From Candidatus Cloacimonadales bacterium (GTDB lineage: Bacteria; Cloacimonadota; Cloacimonadia; Cloacimonadales; JAFGVF01): a stretch of 64,000 nt of DNA. The position numbers and the translations under genes are program-made. Shown one piece after another: positions 50,952-59,491 of this stretch. Location of the stretch: the NCBI GenBank assembly GCA_963663475.2, contig CAXXJV010000001.1, positions 832,001 to 896,000 on the forward strand, read 5' to 3'. Each line of letters begins with the position of its first letter. Within the stretch, counting starts at the first letter, position 1. Under the pieces are notes generated by a model. The model ran no database searches. It had not been told where the DNA came from and saw only the letters and a program-made list of their open reading frames with translations.

Positions 50952-52751
50952 TTATTCTCTGTCTGCCTTGAGAACTTCTAAGAAAGCTTCCTGAGGTACT
51001 GTAACTGAACCAATTTCTTTCATCTTTTTCTTACCCTTTTTCTGCTTATCTAATAGTTTTCTTTTACGAGAGATATCACCACCATAGCATTTGGCAAGAA
51101 CATCTTTTCGCATAGCATTGATAGTAGAACGAGCAATAATCTTACCTCCAATAGTTGCCTGTAAAGCAATTTTAAAAAGGTGACGGGGAATAACTTCAGA
51201 TAATTTCTCTGTGACTGATTTTCCCCAATTATAAGCCTTATCAACATGGCAAATAAAAGACATAGCATCTACTTTCTCGCCATTAATAAGAATATCTACT
51301 TTGGCAACTTCTGAGGTTTGGTAGTTTTTAAAACTGTAATCAAAGGAAGCATAACCTCTAGATAAGGTTTTTAATTTATCGTAAAAATCAAAGATAATTT
51401 CTATCAAAGGTAGATCGTAGTGAAGAGCAACTCTTTTATCATCGATATATTGAATATCTTTTTGCACCCCTCTTCTATCTTGAGCTAACTGCATGATATT
51501 GCCAATGTATTCTGAGGGGAGAATTATTTCTACATTCATCACTGGTTCCTCTATAAAATCTATGACGGTTGGGTCTGGGAAATCAATAGGATTATAGACT
51601 ATTTTTTCCGAACCATCCTTGAGGTGAATGATGAATTTAACACTGGGTGTTGTAGCAATAATAGGTACATTATACTCCCTGAAAAGTCTTTCTTTAACAA
51701 TTTCTAGATGTAACATACCTAAGAATCCACATCTAAATCCGTAACCCAAGGCTAAAGAGCTTTCTTTTTCGTAAATGAGGGATGAATCATTGAGCTTGAG
51801 TTTACCCATTGCCTCTACTAAATTAGCATAATCATCACCATCAATTGGGAAAATACCACTATATACCATTGGTTTAGGTTCTTCATAACCCTTGATAGCT
51901 TGCTGACAACCATTCTTCTCTGAAGTAATAGTGTCACCAACTCTGGCATTAGCAATTTCTTTAATATTACAGATGAGATAACCTACTTCTCCTGTTGTTA
52001 ACTCTTTTGTAGGCTCTAGTTTCATTCCTAGATAACCAAGCTCTTCAATATCATATACTTTATCAGTTTGCATTAATCTGATGGAGTCTCCCTTGCGTAG
52101 CTTTCCTTCAAAAACTCTTACTAAGACTACAACTCCTCTATAAGTATCAAAATATGAATCAAAAATCACAGCTTTAGGGGGAGCATCTTCCTTGCCTTGA
52201 GGAGCTGGAATAGTCTCAACTATGCCATCTAATAGGTCTTCAACCCCAAGTCCACTTTTTGCTGAAACTTTAAAGATATGGTCTGGATCACAACCAAGTA
52301 ATTCTATTAAGTCATGTTCAGTGCCTTCAACATCTGCCTTGGGTAAATCAATCTTATTAATAACAGGAATAATCTCTAAATTATTATCCATTGCTAAATA
52401 GAGATTACTCATTGTTTGAGCTTCTATCCCTTGAGCTGCATCCACAAGAAGTAGGGCTGCTTCACAAGATGCTAATGATCTTGAGACCTCATAAGTAAAG
52501 TCAACATGACCAGGAGTATCAATTAAATTGAAAACATACTCTACTTTATCTTTAGTATGTTTCATTCTAATTGCATGGGATTTTATGGTAATCCCTTTTT
52601 CGCGTTCAAGATCCATATTGTCTAAGACTTGATCAACGATTTTAGTTCTATCTATAGTATTTGTCGCTTCTAATAATCGGTCAGCCAAAGTTGATTTACC
52701 ATGGTCAATGTGAGCAATTATACAGAAATTTCTAATATTTGTTTGTTTCAT
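50952..52751 (-). CDS. lepA: Elongation factor 4
   Basis: IRNFCIIAHIDHGKSTLADR, GITIK, DTPGH and KCYGGDISRK motifs; ATG 52751 after GAGG. Confidence 0.98.
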   Translation of the reverse strand: MKQTNIRNFCIIAHIDHGKSTLADRLLEATNTIDRTKIVDQVLDNMDLEREKGITIKSHAIRMKHTKDKVEYVFNLIDTPGHVDFTYEVSRSLASCEAALLLVDAAQGIEAQTMSNLYLAMDNNLEIIPVINKIDLPKADVEGTEHDLIELLGCDPDHIFKVSAKSGLGVEDLLDGIVETIPAPQGKEDAPPKAVIFDSYFDTYRGVVVLVRVFEGKLRKGDSIRLMQTDKVYDIEELGYLGMKLEPTKELTTGEVGYLICNIKEIANARVGDTITSEKNGCQQAIKGYEEPKPMVYSGIFPIDGDDYANLVEAMGKLKLNDSSLIYEKESSLALGYGFRCGFLGMLHLEIVKERLFREYNVPIIATTPSVKFIIHLKDGSEKIVYNPIDFPDPTVIDFIEEPVMNVEIILPSEYIGNIMQLAQDRRGVQKDIQYIDDKRVALHYDLPLIEIIFDFYDKLKTLSRGYASFDYSFKNYQTSEVAKVDILINGEKVDAMSFICHVDKAYNWGKSVTEKLSEVIPRHLFKIALQATIGGKIIARSTINAMRKDVLAKCYGGDISRKRKLLDKQKKGKKKMKEIGSVTVPQEAFLEVLKADRE

Positions 52752-52900
52752 ATATTTATACCTCAAACAAACCCTATTTTTTTGGGGGATTTTGTGTCAA
52801 TAGAAAAAAGTGGAAAGGGGGATTAGGACATTAGAGAAAGTCTTCAACAATCAAAATCCACTGGAAAAGTAATAATATTCAACTAATGTTAACCTCGTTT

Positions 52901-53095
52901 ATCTCAAATGGTGCAGTAGAACTTTGATACTACTTCGCTAAAGCTACTTATCACAGGTGAAGAGTGCAGATTATTCTTGCAAAATAACCTACAGAATTTT
53001 GACGCATATAATATATATATTCGGAGAAACTATGTAAGTTATTTTTGCAGAAGAATATAGTACTATTCGCAAAGGTCTACTGCATTATTTGAGTT
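52901..53095 (-). mobile_element. Family-B MITE-like element, long variant, inverted
   Basis: Reverse-complement match to 53423-53618, including the ~30-nt insert CACCTGTGATAAGTAGCTTTAGCGAAGTAG. Confidence 0.8.
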
Positions 53096-53223
53096 TATCT
53101 TCTACTCACTCTTATCAGGCAATATACACCTGTGAATAACTCAATTTTCCTCTTACAATATTAAGCCCCATTATTTTTAAGAATATATATTATTATAAGT
53201 AGACTAATTTATGATTTGTAGCT

Positions 53224-53309
53224 TATTCATCCTTAACCCTTCCTTTACAGTCTTTCGATGAAAGTCCGTGTTTCATCGAAAGACTGTAAAGGAAGGGTTA
53301 AGGATGCTA
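53224..53309. repeat. 86-bp palindromic element, family A, copy 3
   Basis: 36-bp perfect arms 53228-53263 and 53271-53306. Confidence 0.92.
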
Positions 53310-53422
53310 TAGGGATCTGAATAGGATTCTTATGATCAAGTTTATGTTTTGAAGAAAGATAAATGTATAAGATAAGGGCTAAGTTGATAAAGTAATTGCT
53401 AAAATATCAGTGATAGTGATTT

Positions 53423-53618
53423 AACCTAAATAACGCATTAGATCTTTGCGAATAGCAGAATCTTCTTTTGCAAGAGTAAGCTACATAATTTTCATGAATA
53501 TATATATTATATGCATTCAAACTCTGTAACTTATTTTGCTAAAAGAATCTAGCACTCTTCACCTGTGATAAGTAGCTTTAGCGAAGTAGTATCGAAGTTC
53601 AAATGCACTATTCTGGTT
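53423..53618 (+). mobile_element. Family-B MITE-like element, long variant
   Basis: AACCTAAATAACGCATTAGATC...TTCAAATGCACTATTCTGGTT. Confidence 0.8.
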
Positions 53619-53762
53619 TAAGAATCATCTTATCTAGCTACAAAATATATTATTAATGGTAAAATAACATTGATAACTTTATTTGATATAATTAATATGC
53701 TATTATTGATGTCTATTTTTTTTGAAATTATAAAAGGGTGTTTGCCAAATTTCACCAAAAGC

Positions 53763-53791
53763 TTGACAGCTTGTGGAATAGTCTTTATTCT
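53763..53791 (+). promoter_or_regulatory. Sigma70-type promoter of the 74-aa gene
   Basis: TTGACA-N17-TATTCT. Confidence 0.55.
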
Positions 53792-53928
53792 ATCTCACAA
53801 TAAGTTTATTAATAGAATACTCGTAGGATAATAATGTAATTTATCATTATTTACCTTGTTTAGTTAGGCAAGGTAAAGATTATAAGGAATGAATATTAGG
53901 AATATAACAAGTGTGAGGAGTATGGCTT

Positions 53929-54153
53929 ATGTTTTTTAAGATTAGAGAGATATTTAGTAGTTTTTTTTCTTCAATTAGTGGTTGGGGAAAGATAGTATTC
54001 ATTTTAAGTATTATTATCACAATTGCACTTGTGTGGCAACACAAGCTAGTCTTTTATTACCATTTACCATTTCTTTTACTAGGAATTCCTTTTGCTGTAA
54101 CCTACCTTTTTGAATTTATTTATAACTTATTCAGAAATAGACCTAGTAGTTAG
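53929..54153 (+). CDS. Small membrane protein (2 TM helices)
   Basis: GAGGAG RBS, upstream promoter, two hydrophobic segments. Confidence 0.65.
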   Translation: MFFKIREIFSSFFSSISGWGKIVFILSIIITIALVWQHKLVFYYHLPFLLLGIPFAVTYLFEFIYNLFRNRPSS

Positions 54154-54315
54154 CTGAATATTCTTTTGCAAAAGTAAGATCCATAATTCTTACGAATATA
54201 TAGGTTATATGCCTTCAAATTCTGTAACTTATTTTGTTAAGATAATATGCACTCTTCACCTGTGATACGTAGCTTTAGCGAAGTATTACTAAAATTCTAC
54301 TGCACCATTCGGGAT
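54151..54315 (+). mobile_element. Family-B element, long variant, truncated at the 5' end
   Basis: TAGCTGAATATTCTTTTGCAAAAGTAAGATCC...CACCTGTGATACGTAGCTTTAGCGAAG...TCTACTGCACCATTCGGGAT. Confidence 0.75.
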
Positions 54316-54492
54316 AATTTGGGAAAAGTGTAGTTTTTTTTCAACACTTTGCCAAGAGAGAGCTGAAAATTTCTCACCAAGGAAGATTATATGAAGAGTG
54401 ACGGGAGTTGCTCACGGAGTAGCGACTTCCGACACTCTTCACCCGAAGTCCCTTGCCTACGGCTGAGGAAGTCTGGTCTCCAACAAAAAGTA

Positions 54493-54970
54493 GGCTCAAG
54501 TTCAAGTCTGGTGGTAAATAAGAGACTTTCATTATAGCATATTGCTTGAATAATAGAAAGTTACAAGTAAGAATATACTGTTAAGAGTATGTTTTGTTTG
54601 ATGATAAGTACTAAATCCTGAAAGGATAAGTCTTAAATCCTCAAAGGGGATAAATAGTTTAGCCTAGGGTAAATTCCTGAAGGGAATGCAACCCTGGGTA
54701 CTGGTGATGAAAAACAAAGCCTAACCCTGAAAGGGTTAAATAACATCATATATACCATAGACTTATACAATAATATATTATTTATCATTTTATTAAACCC
54801 TTACAGGGTAACATCTTTGGGCTAGCCATCATTACCCAGGGTTGCGATACTTTCAGCATCTTACCCTGGGCTAAATTATTTTATCCCTTTCAGGGATTTT
54901 TGATGAATTAATATAGTAATGAAATATTCTAATTTTCCTATATTATTCCCACCAGACTTGAACTTGAGCC
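54493..54970. mobile_element. 478-bp non-coding element with perfect 22-bp terminal inverted repeats and a nested REP-like stem (family D)
   Basis: GGCTCAAGTTCAAGTCTGGTGG (54493-54514) / CCACCAGACTTGAACTTGAGCC (54949-54970); inner inverted arrays span 54635-54899. Confidence 0.75.
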
Positions 54971-55048
54971 AAAAAAATTAAAAAACTATTATAAAATCTT
55001 GACTAATTTAAATTAGCTAGTAAAATTAAATTGTTATTTGTAAGTATT

Positions 55049-55210
55049 ATCCCAAAATAATACAGTAGATCTTTGAGAATAGCAAAATATTTTTTTTGCA
55101 AAAGTAGCTTTCATAATTCTCTTGAATATATCTCATTCGTCCGAATTCTGTAAGTTGTTTTGCTAAAAGAATCTGCATTCTTCTTCAAAGCTCTATGTAG
55201 CAGCTGGGAT
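55049..55210 (+). mobile_element. Family-B MITE-like element
   Basis: ATCCCAAAATAATACAGTAGATCTTTGAGAATAGC...GCTAAAAGAATCTGCATTCTTC...CTGGGAT. Confidence 0.7.
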
Positions 55211-55416
55211 TATGATAAATAAGGTTTGGGATAGGACTTGTTATTATCAGTCTAAAAGAAAAAGAAAACAAGTACTATTAGTAGTTAAAGTAGAGTAGAG
55301 CTCTACTATACTTAAAATGTCACGAATAATAAAAAAACTAAACAGTGCATTAGCCACTAAAATTCTATTGCACTTGCTTGGTTTAAGACAAGTTAATTTT
55401 TTAACAAGGAGTAAAG

Positions 55417-58400
55417 ATGCATAGCAAAGAATGGAATAGTGATATTTTGGTTAAATTAAAGGCAATAGCACTTCATTTTGATCCAGAACATTTAACAACT
55501 TATACCCTAGGTTTAGCAGTTTTAGCTTTAGAAGAAAGCCGAGAAATTTTAATTAACAAGTTAAAGATAGACCCCTTTTGTTTGAGACAAGTAGATTTAC
55601 CTGATTATGAGATTCCTGAGAATCTAGCAGATATTCCTTGGCCGACTATCCTATGCGAATCAAATAGTAACTGGTTTGATAGTGATGATGATAATGATAA
55701 GAATTCAAGTGAAGATGATGAAATTGATAAAGAAATTAAGAGAATGCTGGCAGAGTTACAAGAAGATGATGATGATAATTTTGATGATTCTGATGAATTA
55801 ACTTATGATGATGAACATGATCAATGGGTCTTTAATAGAGATGATGATAATGATGAAGAAATAGACCCAGAGGATGATGTTTTTAAGTTCATGGAGTTTG
55901 CAGATGAAGAAGCTGAAGAAAATGAAGAAGCTGAAGAAGATGAAGCAGAGGAAACAGATGAAACTGAGAAAGATAGCACAAAAGCTTATGGAATAAAAAG
56001 TGAAATTGATGATGAAGAGTTTAAAATAGATAATCCAAAAGACTTAGTGGATAAAATAGTTGATACCCTTCACGGTAATTTCTGGTATAAGAGAGAATAT
56101 TATGCCAATTCGAATGAAGTGATAATGACCTTAAATACAATTTTTGAGGAAGTTGAAACAGAATTTTCCTATTACAAAGAACAACTAGGACTTTTAAAGG
56201 AGTTAATCATTAACCAAATTTTAGATGGTCAATTTTCAGATAATCAGATAAATCCTTTGCCTATTGTGATTTGCTCTTTTGAAGCCAATAATATTAGCCC
56301 CATACTCAACTATATAGCCAAAAAGATGCATTATAAATTTAACTTCATAGAAGAAACCCTTTCGCTTTCAGACCATTTTAACTATAATACAATGTTTCCT
56401 TTCACAATGGATGTCATTCGTTTTAGCGATAAAAAGACTGATTTTACTGATGAGATTCATAAACTTTTAGATTATTATGAAACAGGTATTTTTCAGCATA
56501 GTTTTGAAGCTGATTCAAGTGAGGATTTCTTTAATTTTCTGTCAGATAGTTCAAAGAAAGAAACTGACGATAAGGAGTTTAATAAAGACTTCTTCTTCAG
56601 AAATCATTTAATTATATTCTTATTACAGATAGATTCGGATATTGATGTTGATTTTCACATGAGTAATGAAAAGATAAAAACTACTATTACCTCTTTTTAT
56701 AAAGATAGTTATCTCGCTGACCAGCATGAAGGCATTTATAATACTTATAATAAATATAAAGCCCTTTTTAAAGCTATTAAATCTGAGAAGTTAATCCTGT
56801 TTGATTATGGCGAAACTAGACTGATTCTAGCAAAAATCAAGGACTTTGTAGATTCATTGCTAGCTAGATACCCCGAAATCAAGCTAATCTTGGCTAGGGA
56901 TATTGAAAAAATCATTTTTTTCAATGTTCTCAAAGTAGGAGGATTTGATCTAAATTCTCTCAAGCTTGCTATATCGCACTCCATTTATAAGCTAAATCAA
57001 TTATTACTTTTCCATAATTCTCAAGATAAGATAAACCGAGTACGTTTTGATGTTAAAAATACTAAGATTAAAGATTTTATGCAGATGCTTCATAATAATA
57101 AAAGTAGCTATGAAATTATCCAGTATATAGAAGATAATTTCTTAAAACATAGTCAAAAGTTAACTTACAGTATTGATTATGACCAGACACAGAAGGAATT
57201 CATCTTTACAGATTTGAACTTAGAAACAATAATCAGAGAAGGTTCTAATCTTACCCAAAGACCTGAGGTGAGGTTTAAAGATGTCATAGGTTGTGAAGAA
57301 GTAAAAAAACGCTTCGCTAAAATAATTGACTATTACAAGGACAAATCATTTTTCCTAGAAAAGGGAATTAAAATGAGTAATAGAATTCTTCTCATAGGAC
57401 CTCCAGGCACTGGTAAGACTATGGTTGCTAAGGCCTTTGCAGGAGAAATAGGACTACCTTTTTATGCTATTTCAGCTGCTGAAGTTACTTCTCAACAATG
57501 GGCAGGCTGGGGGGCTAGTCTCCTAAGAAAGATCTTTTACAAAGCAAAAAAGAACAAGCCCTGTGTAGTCTTCCTTGATGAAATTGATGCCTTTGGTAAT
57601 CGAGGTCAGTTTAATGGTGATGATGGGGGAGTTGGTTATGATGCAAAGAGTATTATGAATACCTTACTTGTTCTGCTAGATGGAGTTGAAGATAATAATG
57701 ATGTAATTGTGATTGGGGCTACTAATAGACCAGAAGATTTAGATGATGCTTTGATTAGATCAAAAAGATTTGGATTAAAGTTTGAGATAAAAGCCTTAAC
57801 TTCTGCTCAGAGAATTCAACTTATAAAACTTCATCTAAAAGAAAAAAATGTCCAGGGAGATTATGAAAAGTTAGTTACTCACATTAAAGACAGAACTTAT
57901 GGAGAATTCTCTGCAGCTAAAATTGTTGAATTAATTGAAGAAACCCAAATCTATGCCCTAATTGATAAGAAAACTAAAGTTACTGCTAACCACTTTGACT
58001 ACATCATTGATAAGTTTATTTTAGGTGAAAAAATTTCTAATCTAAATCCTGATTATAAGAAAAATGTAGCTATTCATGAAGCAGGTCATGCAGTAATTCA
58101 CCAAATGCTTTTCCCAGAAAATTCTATCCAGAGTCTGTCTCTTGGCTTAAGAAAATCCTCTGTTGGGATAACTCTCTACAAGAAAGAGAATAGCGATAAT
58201 GGTTATGAAGAACTTAAAAATACCGAAATAATTAATCATATTGTCATAGCCCTAGCTGGAATGCAAGCTGAAAAGATTATGTTCGGACATTGGGATTTAG
58301 GCTCTAGTGATGACTTTGTTGTTGCCACCCATATGAGCCTTCAACTTGCCTGTAATTTAGACTTAGGAAAAGGAATCTCTCCTGTAATTGATTATAGTTT

Positions 58401-58653
58401 AATGGTCTTAGATTTGGGAGGTAAAGAAATATCCCCAGAAACTAAGGAAATATTGCATGAGTTAGTGGAGATTTGCTCCCAGAAAGCTGGTGAATTGCTT
58501 AGGGGAAATTGGGAATATGTGCTGAAATTGGCTGGAGAATTAGAGGAAAAAGAAGACTTGAATTGGGAGGATATTAGACCGCTTCTAGAGGGATTGAAGC
58601 CTTATAGAGGAGCTTTGGTTGATAAGCTTATGGGGGTTGAGGTGAAGGTGTAG
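55417..58653 (+). CDS. FtsH-like AAA+ ATPase / M41 peptidase lacking TM anchors, with long acidic N-terminal region
   Basis: Walker A GPPGTGKT, Walker B VFLDEID, ATNRPEDLDDALIRSKRF, HEAGH, LAGMQAE and GSSDD; AAGGAG RBS. Confidence 0.88.
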   Translation: MHSKEWNSDILVKLKAIALHFDPEHLTTYTLGLAVLALEESREILINKLKIDPFCLRQVDLPDYEIPENLADIPWPTILCESNSNWFDSDDDNDKNSSEDDEIDKEIKRMLAELQEDDDDNFDDSDELTYDDEHDQWVFNRDDDNDEEIDPEDDVFKFMEFADEEAEENEEAEEDEAEETDETEKDSTKAYGIKSEIDDEEFKIDNPKDLVDKIVDTLHGNFWYKREYYANSNEVIMTLNTIFEEVETEFSYYKEQLGLLKELIINQILDGQFSDNQINPLPIVICSFEANNISPILNYIAKKMHYKFNFIEETLSLSDHFNYNTMFPFTMDVIRFSDKKTDFTDEIHKLLDYYETGIFQHSFEADSSEDFFNFLSDSSKKETDDKEFNKDFFFRNHLIIFLLQIDSDIDVDFHMSNEKIKTTITSFYKDSYLADQHEGIYNTYNKYKALFKAIKSEKLILFDYGETRLILAKIKDFVDSLLARYPEIKLILARDIEKIIFFNVLKVGGFDLNSLKLAISHSIYKLNQLLLFHNSQDKINRVRFDVKNTKIKDFMQMLHNNKSSYEIIQYIEDNFLKHSQKLTYSIDYDQTQKEFIFTDLNLETIIREGSNLTQRPEVRFKDVIGCEEVKKRFAKIIDYYKDKSFFLEKGIKMSNRILLIGPPGTGKTMVAKAFAGEIGLPFYAISAAEVTSQQWAGWGASLLRKIFYKAKKNKPCVVFLDEIDAFGNRGQFNGDDGGVGYDAKSIMNTLLVLLDGVEDNNDVIVIGATNRPEDLDDALIRSKRFGLKFEIKALTSAQRIQLIKLHLKEKNVQGDYEKLVTHIKDRTYGEFSAAKIVELIEETQIYALIDKKTKVTANHFDYIIDKFILGEKISNLNPDYKKNVAIHEAGHAVIHQMLFPENSIQSLSLGLRKSSVGITLYKKENSDNGYEELKNTEIINHIVIALAGMQAEKIMFGHWDLGSSDDFVVATHMSLQLACNLDLGKGISPVIDYSLMVLDLGGKEISPETKEILHELVEICSQKAGELLRGNWEYVLKLAGELEEKEDLNWEDIRPLLEGLKPYRGALVDKLMGVEVKV

Positions 58654-58691
58654 TAATGTGGAAGGAGAATTTCTTAATCAAAGAGGTATTA

Positions 58692-58741
58692 TTGCAGAAG
58701 AAAATTCTGCTAATCACAAAAGTCTACTGCGTTATTTGGGT
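58692..58741 (-). repeat. Half copy of family-B element
   Basis: TTGCAGAAGAAAATTCTGCTAATCACAAAAGTCTACTGCGTTATTTGGGT is the reverse complement of the family-B left end. Confidence 0.7.
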
Positions 58742-58836
58742 AAAATCGTGACTGGGTGATGGTAAATCCTATTGTTATCTCCAAAGGGAAGTACTTCTAA
58801 TTACGGAAGATATGAGGAATTATGATTATTATACTG

Positions 58837-58861
58837 GAGGGATAGATGACTTCTATCCCTC
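58837..58861. terminator. Hairpin between convergent genes
   Basis: GAGGGATAGA-TGACT-TCTATCCCTC. Confidence 0.45.
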
Positions 58862-59053
58862 TGTTATTAATTCAATATCATCATCTGATAATCTACTTCT
58901 TAATAATGAATCTATACAAATGATAGAAAAAGTTTTAAAGTAGGTGATTGTATAGTTGTCAGGAACCCTTTATGCTATATTAGTAGGAATGAGAAGGATT
59001 ATTTTATGGGCGATTTTTGTGTTGAGGTGTGAGATAAAAAGGGGGTAATTAGT

Positions 59054-59491
59054 TCAATAATCAGTATGATTACTAGGTATATCAGTATGACTTCTTCTAT
59101 TATGAGTATCTGTATGTTTAGATTTCTGTCCAAAATCCTTGTGTGAAGGTGACTTCACTCCACCATAATTGAAATCAGAATGATTAATCCAATCTCCTTG
59201 ATCAATGTGAGATGGTTTCTGGTGTTCTATTCCAAAATCAAAATCTGTATGATTGCCAATTGTAGTAGTATCAGTATGTGGCATTTTAATACCATAGTCT
59301 TTATGTTTCTGCCCATAATCTAAATGTTGTAACTCATAATTATTATGACTTCTATTATCATGCATATCGGATAAAATAATCTCTCGCTTTTGGATTGCTT
59401 CGTAACATTTTATCAAACGTTTGTTGGTAAAGGAAATTTTGTCATCAGATAGACAAAAATTAGCAATATACTTAAGTTTCTCTTTCATCAT
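59054..59491 (-). CDS. His-X-Asp repeat protein, putative RiPP precursor
   Basis: 43-aa His-free leader, then ten HxD motifs; the start overlaps the stop of the radical SAM gene (ATGA), with GAGGT upstream. Confidence 0.7.
   Translation of the reverse strand: MMKEKLKYIANFCLSDDKISFTNKRLIKCYEAIQKREIILSDMHDNRSHNNYELQHLDYGQKHKDYGIKMPHTDTTTIGNHTDFDFGIEHQKPSHIDQGDWINHSDFNYGGVKSPSHKDFGQKSKHTDTHNRRSHTDIPSNHTDY

Noticed and set aside
54464-54483. TGAGGAAGTCTGGTCTCCAA resembles the RNase P RNA motif GAGGAAAGUCCGGGCUCCA
   Set aside because: It has one deletion and two mismatches, and the other universal RNase P segments are absent downstream.
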